Shown: positions 28,124 through 37,671 of the stretch, in pieces
Numbering within the stretch: the stretch's first letter is position 1
Layout of the letters: each line of letters starts with the position of its first letter
DNA from: Deferrisomatales bacterium
GTDB lineage: Bacteria; Desulfobacterota; Deferrisomatia; Deferrisomatales; JACRMM01
NCBI GenBank assembly: GCA_033551855.1
Contig: JAWSUI010000004.1
Location: forward strand, 32,001 to 96,000
Length of the DNA stretch: 64,000 bases
Direction of reading: 5' to 3'
The notes under the pieces: model-generated
What the model was told of the DNA's origin: nothing
Seen by the model: only the letters and a program-made list of their open reading frames with translations
Databases searched by the model: none
Program-made: the position numbers and the translations under genes

Positions 28124-29839
28124 TCACACGATCCAGAGTCCTCGGGTGAACCGGGGGTCAGGCACCTCGTCCACCGCCAGGTGGCCGAACTCCTCCTCGA
28201 GAAGCCAGAAGCACCCGCCCACGAATTCCCGGAGGTGGCCCTCTTCCGAGGGGGTGAGGTCGCCGGCCGCCTTCGCCCACTCCACTGCCGTGTCGTCGAG
28301 GCCGGGCTTGACCCGGCGAGGGGGGGTCTCCGAGGCCCACACCCGGGAGAGCCCCTGCCGTACATCGTTCCGGGGGATGGGAGCGAAGCGGAAGGAACGC
28401 TCCAGGGCGGCATTCACGAGCGCCGTCAGGAACACCGTGCTGCCTTTGAGGTTCTCGGTCTCGACTCCGACCCGGGCCTCCTTGAGGTCGCCCAGGTGCA
28501 GCTCCACGATGCTGAGCAGGAAACGCCCCAGAAAGTCCGCCTGGTCTACGGTCCTCTCGGCCCGCCGCACTTCCCCGAGGGCCCGGAAGGGTCTGTAGGG
28601 CGGAGTCTCTCCCTCCCCGGCGTACCAGAGGGGATGGACCCGGAGCAGTCCCTCCAGCACCTCGGGCAGAGGGGAATCCAGGAAGAGAAGGCGCTCCTTG
28701 TGGCCCTGGGGCCAACCCTTTTCGAACAGGCCCCGGGCCCTGCCCCTCAGCGCCCGGATGGGGCCCCAGCCGGCCTGGAAGAGGTGCTGGAGCCAGTGTT
28801 CCTCCAGGGCCCGGGCGGCCGCTGCCTCGTCGAGATCGCACAGGGACTCCAGGCCGACGGAGACATAGGAGCTCACCTTTCGCAGCGCCGCCTGGAAGGA
28901 GCCCAGGTCGTCCAGGTCGAGCCGATCCGCGACCGCCACCTTGTTGGTGAGATAGGCGAGATCGGACCAGAGGCCGTCCAGGGTCGGTCCCGGGGGGACG
29001 TGCCGCAGGGCGTGCAGGAAGACGTCGGGTGTCGCGTCGGGAAGGGCGACGGGATACCGGGGGGGGGCCGCCGGCGGCTCGTCCGAGTCCCGCTTGGGGT
29101 CCCTGGGGCGACGGGGCAGCTCGTCGGCGGTCGACGCCCGGAGGGGGGCGTAGACCTCCAGGGCCTCCTCCCGCGGAGGAAATCCTCGAAGGGCCAGCCG
29201 CCGCTGGCGCTCCTGGTACTCCGCTTCCTCGAGCTCCGAGTCCAGGTCGCGCATGAGCGCCTCCACCAAGCGGGCATAGCGGTCGGGATCCGTATCGCGG
29301 ACGATTCGCAACAGGTCTCGCACCAACGGCTCGGCCTCGGGGGACGTGGCAATGTAGTACCGGCCCTCCAGGGTGAAGGGTGCTCTGCCCGGCAGCTCCT
29401 GAAAGGGATCCCGCTCCTCGTCCGCGAGGTGCACGGCGGCGACGCTGCCCAAGAGGAGCACCCACGTGGCGAGGTCCAGGCGCTGGAGCCATCGGCCCAG
29501 GGCTTCCTCCCCGCAGGAGTGGAGGCGCCCGAGCCACGGGAGGACGCGCTCCCTGCGGATCCGATCCCCCTTCCAGAGCTCCAGGTCCAGGACGAGCTCC
29601 ACCTGTTCGGTGCGCGCGTGGCGCAGCACGTCGGGGACGTTGTCCGCGTCGAGCTCCTTGAGGGTGAAGTAGAGCTCCTCGGGGGGCATGAGACCGACCA
29701 CGGCTCCGAGGTTGCTCGAAACCAGGAGGCGGTCTTCGCGTTCGTGCCCGCGCACCGAGAGCACCGCGTCGATCTCCCGCCGCAGCGGCGTTGGCGTGGG
29801 CGAGGGGAAAACGGGTCGGGGCCGGGGGTGGTGAGGCAT
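28124..29839 (-). CDS. DUF6178 family protein
   Basis: PPEELYFTLKE...EQVELVLDLELW...ELEEAEYQERQRRL...GFP...LTNKVAVAD...YVSVGLE. Confidence 0.75.
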   Translation of the reverse strand: MPHHPRPRPVFPSPTPTPLRREIDAVLSVRGHEREDRLLVSSNLGAVVGLMPPEELYFTLKELDADNVPDVLRHARTEQVELVLDLELWKGDRIRRERVLPWLGRLHSCGEEALGRWLQRLDLATWVLLLGSVAAVHLADEERDPFQELPGRAPFTLEGRYYIATSPEAEPLVRDLLRIVRDTDPDRYARLVEALMRDLDSELEEAEYQERQRRLALRGFPPREEALEVYAPLRASTADELPRRPRDPKRDSDEPPAAPPRYPVALPDATPDVFLHALRHVPPGPTLDGLWSDLAYLTNKVAVADRLDLDDLGSFQAALRKVSSYVSVGLESLCDLDEAAAARALEEHWLQHLFQAGWGPIRALRGRARGLFEKGWPQGHKERLLFLDSPLPEVLEGLLRVHPLWYAGEGETPPYRPFRALGEVRRAERTVDQADFLGRFLLSIVELHLGDLKEARVGVETENLKGSTVFLTALVNAALERSFRFAPIPRNDVRQGLSRVWASETPPRRVKPGLDDTAVEWAKAAGDLTPSEEGHLREFVGGCFWLLEEEFGHLAVDEVPDPRFTRGLWIV

Positions 29840-29940
29840 GGAGCGGGCCTCCGTCGGATGGCGGGTTGGGCGGGGGGCGCCGCAAGGGTAGCACGGCTTC
29901 CGCGACTCCTTCCAGGCGCGGAAGCCTCCCGGAGTCCCCG

Positions 29941-30160
29941 CCTGACACGTGGTCGGAGCCGGGGAGCCCTCGGCTTCGCCCCGCAATCCGCGGCCTCTGG
30001 CCTCCCACTCACCCGCTTCCCTCATCTCCCTCCCCCATCGGGGGAGGGCCGGGGTGGGGGCCTCCCACTCATCCCGCTTCCCTAGTCTCCCTCCCCCATC
30101 GGGGGAGGGCCGGGGTGGGGGCCTCCCGGTCCCGCCCGAACAGTTGGTGGTGGATCTTGG
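29941..30160 (+). repeat. Family A element with centre replaced by a tandem REP-like dimer
   Basis: Left cctgacacgtg...ccccgcaatccgcggcc, right tggtggtggatcttgg; 30001-30126 holds two ~60-bp units with CCCTCCCCC-atc-GGGGGAGGG hairpin. Confidence 0.78.
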
Positions 30161-30238
30161 GCCTCCTGGAAGGTCCGTTGCGCAAGGGAACGGCAGAGCG
30201 CTGCGGTTGCGGGCAGGGAAGCCTGTTGCGTAGGATGG

Positions 30239-31792
30239 GTGCCGACCCCGGAGAGGAGGTGTGCGGTGATCCCAGGGAGGCGACTAGGTGCGTCAACCGT
30301 TCTAGCGCTCGCGGCGGCGTTCGGTTTCCTGCTGGAAACCGGCTCGGCCGGCGCATCGCCGGCCCCGAGTCTGGAGGGTCGGGTCGCGGAGCGGCGGCTG
30401 GCCAACGGCCTGACTGTCCTCGTGCTCCCCCGTCCGGCTTCCCCGACGGTCAGTCTGCAGATGACCTTCCGGGTGGGGGGGGTGGACGAGCCGGCAGGCC
30501 AGACGGGTACCGCACACCTGCTGGAGCACATGCTCTTCAAAGGAACCCGGACCCTGGGCACGGTGGACTGGAAGCGCGAGGAGCCCCTCCTGGCCCGGAT
30601 CGAGGCCGTCGGGCGGGAGCTGGACGCCGAGCGCCGGCGGGGCCGTGCAGCGGACGCCTCCCGGCTGGAGGAGCTCGCCGCCCGGCTGGAGGAGCTCCAG
30701 CGGGATCACCGGCCGCTGGTGGTGAAGGACGAAATCGACGCCATCTACGCGCGCCACGGTGCCGTGGGGTTCAACGCGTCCACGAGCGCCGACCTCACGA
30801 GCTACACCGTGAGCCTGCCCTCGGACCGGCTCGAGCTCTGGGCCGCCATCGAGGCGGCGCGCATGGGGGACCCCGTGCTGCGGGAGTACTACGTGGAGCG
30901 GGAGGTCGTGCAGGAGGAGCGGGCCCAGCGATTCGGGGGGGACCCGGGCGGCCGCCTCTACGAAGCCCTCCTGTCCGCGGCCTTTGCCGCGCACCCCTAT
31001 GGAAATCCGGTGATCGGGTGGCCCTCGGATCTCGCCGTGCTCGACATCGAAGACACGCATTCCTTCTATCGGCGGTACTACGGGCCCGACAACTGCGTGA
31101 TCGCCGCCGTGGGGGACGTGGAGCCCGACGGGTTCTTCGCCCTGGTGGAACGGTATTTCGGGGGGATTCCGGCGCGGGGAGTCGGCCGGGCGCACCGGAC
31201 CGAGGAGCCGCCCCAGACGGGACCCAGGCGGGTGGAAGTCACCTTCGATGCCGAGCCGCGCTTGGCGGTGGGGTTCCACAAGCCCACCCTGCCGGAGCGG
31301 GACGACTACGTCTTCGACGTCATCGCGGGTGTGCTGTCCGACGGGCGCAGCTCCCGCCTGGTGCGCGAGCTCGTCGACCGCAAGCGCGTGGCCGCCGCGG
31401 TTCGGGCCGTGAACGGGATTCCCGGCGCTCGCTACCCGAACCTTTTTGCCGTGTTCCTGACCCCCCTCGCCCACGTGACCCCCGAAGAGGCCGAGGAGGC
31501 CCTGCTCGAGGAGCTCCGGCGGCTGGCGGAGGAGCCGCCTTCCCCCGAGGAGATCTCCCGGGTCGTCCGCCGGCTCGAGGCCGCCCGGGTGCGGTCGCTG
31601 GTGTCCAATGCGGCCCTCGCGCGGCAGTTGGCGTACTTCCAGGCGGTGGCGGGGGACTGGCGCTACCTGGAGGAGCACGCGGCGGTCTTGGCCGGAGTGA
31701 CGCCCGAGGAGGTGGCTGCGGCGGCCCGGACCTACCTGACGGCGGCGAACCGCACCGTGGCCGTTCTCCGGGGCGAAGGGGGCGGCTCGTGA
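30239..31792 (+). CDS. M16 family zinc peptidase (catalytic subunit), exported
   Basis: HLLEHMLFKG (HxxEH), FNAST..D.T.Y, EREVV.EER, HPYGNP.IGW; start approximate. Confidence 0.92.
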   Translation: MPTPERRCAVIPGRRLGASTVLALAAAFGFLLETGSAGASPAPSLEGRVAERRLANGLTVLVLPRPASPTVSLQMTFRVGGVDEPAGQTGTAHLLEHMLFKGTRTLGTVDWKREEPLLARIEAVGRELDAERRRGRAADASRLEELAARLEELQRDHRPLVVKDEIDAIYARHGAVGFNASTSADLTSYTVSLPSDRLELWAAIEAARMGDPVLREYYVEREVVQEERAQRFGGDPGGRLYEALLSAAFAAHPYGNPVIGWPSDLAVLDIEDTHSFYRRYYGPDNCVIAAVGDVEPDGFFALVERYFGGIPARGVGRAHRTEEPPQTGPRRVEVTFDAEPRLAVGFHKPTLPERDDYVFDVIAGVLSDGRSSRLVRELVDRKRVAAAVRAVNGIPGARYPNLFAVFLTPLAHVTPEEAEEALLEELRRLAEEPPSPEEISRVVRRLEAARVRSLVSNAALARQLAYFQAVAGDWRYLEEHAAVLAGVTPEEVAAAARTYLTAANRTVAVLRGEGGGS

Positions 31793-33219
31793 GGCCCCGG
31801 CGGGTCGCGCCGCGGGCAGGGGGGGTGCGCCTCGGGGCGGTGATCCTCGCCCTGGGGGTCCTGGCCTGGGGCTGCGGTGGTGGGCGAGGCCTGGATCCAC
31901 GGACGGCGCGGTTCCCCGGGCCGGAGCACCGCTCCCCCCCGCTGGTGGAGGCCGTGCTTTCCGGGGGTGCGCCGGTCTTCCTCCTCGAGGATCGAGCCGT
32001 GCCCCTGGTACGGGTCTACGCCGTGTTCCGGGGTGGGAGCCTCTACGATCCCGCGGCCCGGGCGGGGCTCGCGGCCGTTGCGTCCCTCACCTGGCGGACC
32101 GGCGGTGCCGGGGAGCTCTCCCCGGAGGCGGTCGACGAGGCCCTCGAGGACCGGGCGATCGCTCTCGACCTCGGGATGGGCCGGGAGAGCGGGTGGGCAA
32201 CCCTGTCGGTCCTGCCGGGGGACCTGGAGCGGGGCTTGGAGCTCCTCTCGCTCCTCCTTTTCGAGCCCGCCTTCGCGGAGGAGCGGTTTGCCTGGGCGGT
32301 GGGCCAGGTCGGCGAGGGCATTCGTCGGGAAACGGACTCCCCAAGGGAACTGGCCTTTCGCGAGCTCCGTCGTGGCCTGTACCCCGGCCACCCCCGGGGA
32401 GTGGTCCCCACGCTGGAGACCATCGGGCGCGTGACCCGGGACGACGTGGTGGGCCTGCACCGGCGTCTGCTGGGGGAGGGGGCCTGGGCCCTCGGCGCCG
32501 TGGGGGACTTCGAGGGGAGCGAGCTGCTGGGGCGCCTCGAGGCCCGTCTCGGGTCGCTTCCGGGGAGCGGTGGGGGGTTCCCCCCCGTACCCGTGCCCGC
32601 GGAGCCGGAGCCGCGCACCGTGCTCGTGCCGCGGCCGCTGCCCCAGGCCACGGTCCTCTGGGCCCGCCTGGGTCCGGGGCGCCTGAGCCCGGACTTCCAT
32701 CCCCTGGACCTGGCGGATCACCTCCTGGGGTCCGGCGGGTTCTCGTCGCGGCTGATGCGGGACGTGCGCTCGGATCGCGGGCTGGCCTACAGCGTTGGGA
32801 GCTTCTACCAGGCCCTGCCCGATTTCGGCGTGCTCGGCGTTCACGCCGCCACCCGGGTGGCGGCGGTGGGACAGGTCGTGGACCTGCTCCGCTCCATCCC
32901 CCGCGAGGCCTCCCGGGAGGGGTTCCCGGACGAGGAGGTGGCCGCGGCGCGGGAGGCCCTGGTGAATCGCCATGTATTCCGGTACGAGGATCCCGCGAGC
33001 GTCGTCCGGGAGCGTCTCGGCCTGCTCCTGGACGGCCTCCCCCCCGACCTGCCGGCCCGCTACCCGGAGGGGGTGCAGGCCGTGGAGGCGCGGGCTGCGA
33101 GCGCCGCGGCGGCCGCCTTCGATCTGGACGCGGGCGTGCTCGTGGTGGTGGGCGATGTGGACCCGACGGACCCGCGGTGGGCCGGCAGGGGTCCGGTGGA
33201 GGTGGTGACGGTGCCGTGA
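31789..33219 (+). CDS. M16 family peptidase non-catalytic subunit, likely lipoprotein
   Basis: LAWGC lipobox; lacks HxxEH; GGFSSRL..VRSDRGLAYSV; GTGA overlap. Confidence 0.88.
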   Translation: MRPRRVAPRAGGVRLGAVILALGVLAWGCGGGRGLDPRTARFPGPEHRSPPLVEAVLSGGAPVFLLEDRAVPLVRVYAVFRGGSLYDPAARAGLAAVASLTWRTGGAGELSPEAVDEALEDRAIALDLGMGRESGWATLSVLPGDLERGLELLSLLLFEPAFAEERFAWAVGQVGEGIRRETDSPRELAFRELRRGLYPGHPRGVVPTLETIGRVTRDDVVGLHRRLLGEGAWALGAVGDFEGSELLGRLEARLGSLPGSGGGFPPVPVPAEPEPRTVLVPRPLPQATVLWARLGPGRLSPDFHPLDLADHLLGSGGFSSRLMRDVRSDRGLAYSVGSFYQALPDFGVLGVHAATRVAAVGQVVDLLRSIPREASREGFPDEEVAAAREALVNRHVFRYEDPASVVRERLGLLLDGLPPDLPARYPEGVQAVEARAASAAAAAFDLDAGVLVVVGDVDPTDPRWAGRGPVEVVTVP

Positions 33220-33246
33220 GGGGGGCCTCGTCCGCTGTCGGCGCGG

Positions 33247-33417
33247 GAACGACGTGGCGGTGGCCGCGAGCACGAAGACCCACATCGGGATCTGGCGGCC
33301 GGCGATGAAGTAGTCCGAGGCGGTCTTGGCCTTGAAGTAGCCCTTGATGCCCCAGAACAGGCAGTAGGCCCAGTAGATGGCCACGAAGACGAACAACCAG
33401 AATACGCTAGCTTCCAT
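33247..33417 (-). pseudogene. Truncated 5' duplicate (57 codons) of the SSS transporter gene
   Basis: MEASVFWLFVFVAIYWAYC...AATATSF nearly identical to 35824-35994, including RBS; homology stops abruptly. Confidence 0.85.
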
Positions 33418-33585
33418 GGATGGGTTCCCTCCTCAAGCGTCGGTTTGCCAACAGGGGCTGCGCCTGCAGGGCTTCTCCTTTCTCCCCGGCGCCTCGGGCA
33501 TGGGCGTTTCATCGTACGAAAACGCTTCGCGCCTCCTGAAAAAACGAACGCGTATGATCCGAAAGACGTAGGCGCGAGTGCGCGG

Positions 33586-33614
33586 AGTCTAGAACACGGT
33601 CTCGGTGGCGTCAA
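33586..33614 (-). promoter_or_regulatory. Putative sigma-70 promoter for the truncated SSS copy
   Basis: Minus strand TTGACG-N17-TAGACT. Confidence 0.55.
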
Positions 33615-33654
33615 GCAACATTTCTCGACGTCCTCCCGGGGCCTGCGCGCCCTT

Positions 33655-33780
33655 GGTTTCCGTGCCCGGCGAACCGGCGTCAGAGGCCCGCTCCTGCCGG
33701 CAAGAGAACGCCGGGGTGCACGGGGGGCGCTCCCGCGCCGCGTCCGGAATCCTCCCGATATTTCGGCTCCCGAAGCAGCA
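33655..33780 (+). repeat. Divergent partial family B element
   Basis: gtgcacgg...gccgcgtccggaatcctc...ctcccgaagc matches B copy 1. Confidence 0.6.
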
Positions 33781-33787
33781 GTGGTTG

Positions 33788-33809
33788 CGGTGGGCGGTGC
33801 CCACCCTAC
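33788..33809 (-). repeat. GTAG-family REP sequence
   Basis: Minus strand GTAGGGTGGGCACCGCCCACCG. Confidence 0.7.
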
Positions 33810-33894
33810 GGGTCCTCGTCCCCCGTCGGCGCGGTGCGGGTGCTTCACGGGGTCACGGGGGTCGACATGCCCTCCGGGGCGATTCACGCCCCTT

Positions 33895-33941
33895 CTCCGC
33901 TCCCCGCTCCCCGCTCCCTGCTCCCCGACCCCCGACCCCCG
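33895..33941. repeat. Heptamer tandem repeat (ctccccg/acccccg)
   Basis: ctccgctccccgctccccgctccctgctccccgacccccgaccccc. Confidence 0.7.
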
Positions 33942-33957
33942 TCTTCGCACGCAAAGG

Positions 33958-33985
33958 GAGAGGCGGCCCCGAAGGGCCGCCTCTC
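33958..33985 (-). terminator. Hairpin downstream of SSS transporter
   Basis: GAGAGGCGGCCC-cgaa-GGGCCGCCTCTC; weak U tract. Confidence 0.65.
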
Positions 33986-34017
33986 GACGTGCTGCGCTCG
34001 AAGTGCCGGATGCCGGG

Positions 34018-35994
34018 CTACACGCCGGGCTCCTCCAGGTCGAGGCGGATGGGTGACTTCTCGCTGTAGGTCACCTGGAAGTCCTCGCGGAGCGACTCCA
34101 CCTCGCCGAAGTGGGTGGAGAACTCCAGCTTGTAGGCCAGGAGCCACATCATGTAGACGCCGATCAGCCACCAGACGATCTGCCACAGCCAAAGCGGCGC
34201 CATGCCGAAGGGCCAGTTGCTCGGGTCGGCCGCGTTCCAGAAGAAGAAGTTGTTTCCGAGCACCGCGCCCGGGCCGATCGCGAAGAAGAACCACCCGATG
34301 GTGACGACCCACGCCCAGGGCTTGAGCTTCTCCTTCTCGGGCGGGAGCCGGGTAAGGGACCGGAGCCAGGTGTGGTAGCTCATGCGCCGGTCGTACTCCT
34401 TCTTGTCGGGCTGGGTGAGCGCGCTGACGATCACCGCCACCCCGACGTTGAAGAAGACGCCCCAGCCGGCGCAGTGGATGGTGAGGGGGTAGTGGCCGAA
34501 CCCGAGGGAGTCGCGGAAGGCCTTGAACCACGCGTACCCGAAGGGGTAGGTGATGGTCACGGCGAGGAGACCCGCCACCAGGCCCCAGGTGACGCCCTGG
34601 CGGGTGAGCCAGGGGAAGTAGAGGACGCCCGCGAGCGGGATCCACATCATGGTGCCGTAGGAGACCGCGAGCCCCCCGAGCATGACGAGCGCGTCGGTGG
34701 AGAAGGTCGCCACCAGGAGCGCCATGATCGTCACGCCCGCCACCCACACGCGGCCCATCACCTTCTGCTGCCGCGCCGTGGCGTTGGGGTTGATGTGGCG
34801 CAGGTAGATGTCGCGGGTGATCATGCCCGCGGCGGTGGACATGTAGGCCGCGCCCGTGGACTGCATGGCCGCCAGGGCGCACACGGCGAGTATGCCGACG
34901 AGCACGGGCCAGGCCTCCGCCAGGAGGTCGATCAGCGCCGGGACGATGGCCGCCTGCTTGCCGCCGCCCAGGAGCTCGGGGGCGAAGACCCCTTGCTTGA
35001 TCAGGACCCAGCCGCCAAGGCCCTGGAGGGCCGTGAAGACGAACAGGCAAAGGCCCACGCCGAAGGAGCTCGCCCACACCTGCTGGGGCGCAAACGGCCG
35101 GGGGTTGGTGTTGGAGAAGCCCCACATGGTGAACGCCGGGGAGGACTGGATGCCCATCAGCGCCCACATGTAGGTGAGGATCATTACGCCCGTCCAGATC
35201 CCGCCCTGGGCCATGGCGGCCGAGGGCACCCACTGGATCGCCCCCGGTATGGCCACCAGGAGGTGGTTGCCTGCGGCCGAGAGGACCGGCGCCCCGTACA
35301 GGTTGGTGCCCCGGGCGATGTCTTCACTGATCATGGCGTTGAAGATCGAGGTGAACTCGCCCCAACCTCCGACCTTGACGATGGCGACGATCCCGAGGGC
35401 GATGATGCCGCCCATGAGGAGGATGCACTGGGCCGTGTCCACGTAGGCCACGGAGCGCAGCCCCCCGAGGGCCACGTAGAGGAGCACCACCAGGGAGAGC
35501 GCCCACATGCCGAACTCGGTGGGCACCAGCCCGTGGCTCAGCACGTTGAAGAGCACGCCCGAGGCGCGAAGCTGCAGGCCCAGGTAGGGCACCGAGAAGA
35601 AGAGCGCCACGACCACCGTGAGCGCCCGCATGGCCTCGCTGCTGTAGTAGTCGGAGTACATCTCGCCGGGCGTGATGTAGCCGTAGCGCTTGCCCATCAT
35701 CCAGACGCGCTTGAGGAACATGGTGCCCGTAAAAGGAATCGTGACGACGTAGAACGACGCGAACGCGTACTGGAGCCCCTCGCGCCAGACGAGGGCGGGG
35801 TGGCCGACGAAGGTCCACCCGGAGAACGACGTGGCGGTGGCCGCGAGCACGAAGACCCACATCGGGATCTGGCGGCCGGCGATGAAGTAGTCCGAGGCGG
35901 TCTTGGCCTTGAAGTAGCCCTTGACCCCCCAGAAGAGGCAGTAGGCCCAGTAGATGGCCACGAAGACGAACAACCAGAGTACGCTTCTTTCCAT
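34018..35994 (-). CDS. Sodium:solute symporter family protein
   Basis: DYFIAGR, ATSFSGWTF.GHP, YVALGGLRSVAYVD, AAMQST; many TM segments. Confidence 0.93.
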   Translation of the reverse strand: MERSVLWLFVFVAIYWAYCLFWGVKGYFKAKTASDYFIAGRQIPMWVFVLAATATSFSGWTFVGHPALVWREGLQYAFASFYVVTIPFTGTMFLKRVWMMGKRYGYITPGEMYSDYYSSEAMRALTVVVALFFSVPYLGLQLRASGVLFNVLSHGLVPTEFGMWALSLVVLLYVALGGLRSVAYVDTAQCILLMGGIIALGIVAIVKVGGWGEFTSIFNAMISEDIARGTNLYGAPVLSAAGNHLLVAIPGAIQWVPSAAMAQGGIWTGVMILTYMWALMGIQSSPAFTMWGFSNTNPRPFAPQQVWASSFGVGLCLFVFTALQGLGGWVLIKQGVFAPELLGGGKQAAIVPALIDLLAEAWPVLVGILAVCALAAMQSTGAAYMSTAAGMITRDIYLRHINPNATARQQKVMGRVWVAGVTIMALLVATFSTDALVMLGGLAVSYGTMMWIPLAGVLYFPWLTRQGVTWGLVAGLLAVTITYPFGYAWFKAFRDSLGFGHYPLTIHCAGWGVFFNVGVAVIVSALTQPDKKEYDRRMSYHTWLRSLTRLPPEKEKLKPWAWVVTIGWFFFAIGPGAVLGNNFFFWNAADPSNWPFGMAPLWLWQIVWWLIGVYMMWLLAYKLEFSTHFGEVESLREDFQVTYSEKSPIRLDLEEPGV

Positions 35995-36217
35995 GGGTGG
36001 TTTCCCTCCTCAAGAAGCCGATGATTCCGGGGAGAGCCGTTTTGGACCGGCTCTCGTGCGATCTCCACCGTTCGGCAACCTCTCTCACCTCCTCTCGCTC
36101 GATGGTCTGCGGCGCCGACGTCCCAACCGGCGTGATGGCTCCCGAGCCGGCCGGAATCTCCTTCCAGTGCGGTCTCACCTCCTTCCTGGACCAACGATTG
36201 TCGGCGCACGGTGGCGC

Positions 36218-36350
36218 ACTTTATAACATCATTTCAAAGATCACAAGCCCGAGAATCGATTTATTCGGCCGCCTATCGAAGTACGTGTGCGTAGTATTAT
36301 GGTACATAGATGCTGTTACCACTAGTACATGCATAAGCGCATTTTAGTAC
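36218..36350 (-). promoter_or_regulatory. AT-rich promoter region of SSS gene with phased GTAC repeats
   Basis: Minus strand TTGTGA-N17-TAAAGT at 36218-36246; GTAC at 36281, 36302, 36325, 36347. Confidence 0.45.
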
Positions 36351-36528
36351 CCAGGATAGCGCGGTGCTCCCCGCAGGACCGCCCCTTGACATGCCTTCCG
36401 GGCGCACGTAGCTTACCCGTCTGCGTCGGGCATCCCCCTGCGCCGTTTCCGCGATCGGAGCCGCTGCCCCGCCTCGAAACTCGGCGAGGGGGAGCACCCG
36501 TCGGGAGCGCTCTCACCGAGGAGAACCA

Positions 36529-37029
36529 ATGGTCAGAATGTTCGGGACGCTTGGCGCCTGGCTCGCCGTCGCAGGGGCGACCCTCCTCCTGGCGGGCTGC
36601 CCGCCCCGACTGGAGGAGGGAGAGCGGCTCGTCAAGGACGGCAACGAGTACTTCAAGGCCGGGAGTTACCAGCGGGCGGACGATGCGTACACCCGGGCCC
36701 TGGAGCTCCGGCCCGGGGAAGCGGGGGTGTGGGTGAACCGGGGAAACACGAGGATGATGATGGGCAACCCGGATGGGGCCCTGGCGGACTACGAGGCGGC
36801 CCTCGCTCTCGATCCGGGCTTTGCGCAAGCCTGGGCGAACCGGGGAATCCTCCGGGACGAGCTGGGTGACGCCGAGGGGGCGATGGAGGACTACCGGAAG
36901 GCCTTGGAGCTCGACCCCAAGCTGGGGAAGCCGCCGAGCATCTGGCGGCGGATCGTGTACAACCCGCCGCTGGAGACCATCAAGACCCGGCTGGAGTACC
37001 TGGAGGCATTGAAACGGAGCCGGCGCTGA
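36529..37029 (+). CDS. TPR lipoprotein
   Basis: LLAGC lipobox; three TPRs (YTRALELRP...WVNRG; AWANRG...DYRKALELDP). Confidence 0.9.
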   Translation: MVRMFGTLGAWLAVAGATLLLAGCPPRLEEGERLVKDGNEYFKAGSYQRADDAYTRALELRPGEAGVWVNRGNTRMMMGNPDGALADYEAALALDPGFAQAWANRGILRDELGDAEGAMEDYRKALELDPKLGKPPSIWRRIVYNPPLETIKTRLEYLEALKRSRR

Positions 37030-37045
37030 CTGCGGGGAAGGGACG

Positions 37046-37204
37046 TCAGGAGCCCCTCAGCCAGATCAGCGCGAAGAGGAAGGCGCCCTGGAGGATGAGG
37101 ATGATCCCCAGGACCCTCAGCAGGCGGTTGCCGCCTTTCGCCGACAGCAGGAATACGACTCCTGTCAGGGCGAAGATCGCAGCCAGAGTCTGAACCGCTC
37201 CCAT
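37046..37204 (-). CDS. Small (52 aa) two-TM membrane protein, absent from ORF track
   Basis: MGAVQTLAAIFALTGVVFLLSAKGGNRLLRVLGIILILQGAFLFALIWLRGS; strong AGGAGAGGAG RBS. Confidence 0.75.
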   Translation of the reverse strand: MGAVQTLAAIFALTGVVFLLSAKGGNRLLRVLGIILILQGAFLFALIWLRGS

Positions 37205-37225
37205 CGCGTGCTCCTCTCCTCCCGG

Positions 37226-37582
37226 TCAGGGCCCTGGTCGGGGGTAGTTCCAGATCAGGGCCAGGAGCACCACCGCCACCAAGAACAGGACGAGCATCAG
37301 CGCCCGCAGGACGACCGCGAGCCGGCGCCCCACGGGCACGGAGACTTCGCCGTCCGCGGCCTTGCAGGCCGGGCACAGGTACTTGCGGCCGAACAGCCGC
37401 CACAGGCTGTAGACGAGGCCGGGGACGAGAAAGGCGATCCAGAACACTCCCTCCAGCCAGGTCTTCCCAGGGGCGTATGGCTCCGCAGGCCCTTCGTAGC
37501 TGCAGCGGCGGCATCGCACGATGACGTCGGGCAGGAGGAGGGGCGCCTCCTCCTGCTGCGGATCCTGGGGGGGTGTGCTCAC
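37226..37582 (-). CDS. Zinc-ribbon membrane protein (LITAF-like CxxC-hydrophobic-CxxC)
   Basis: CRRC...VFWIAFLVPGLVYSLWR...CPAC plus C-terminal TM; AGGAG RBS. Confidence 0.7.
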   Translation of the reverse strand: MSTPPQDPQQEEAPLLLPDVIVRCRRCSYEGPAEPYAPGKTWLEGVFWIAFLVPGLVYSLWRLFGRKYLCPACKAADGEVSVPVGRRLAVVLRALMLVLFLVAVVLLALIWNYPRPGP

Positions 37583-37671
37583 GATGTCTCCTCGAAGGAT
37601 GGATGCATCCCTGTGCCGTGGTGCGCCGGGGCGTACCGGGTTGTCTGTGCGGCGGCCCCTCGCCGCACCCC

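Noticed and set aside
31732..33246. 561-aa minus-strand ORF as a real transporter fusion
   Set aside because: Beyond codon 57 it is the antisense shadow of the M16 genes
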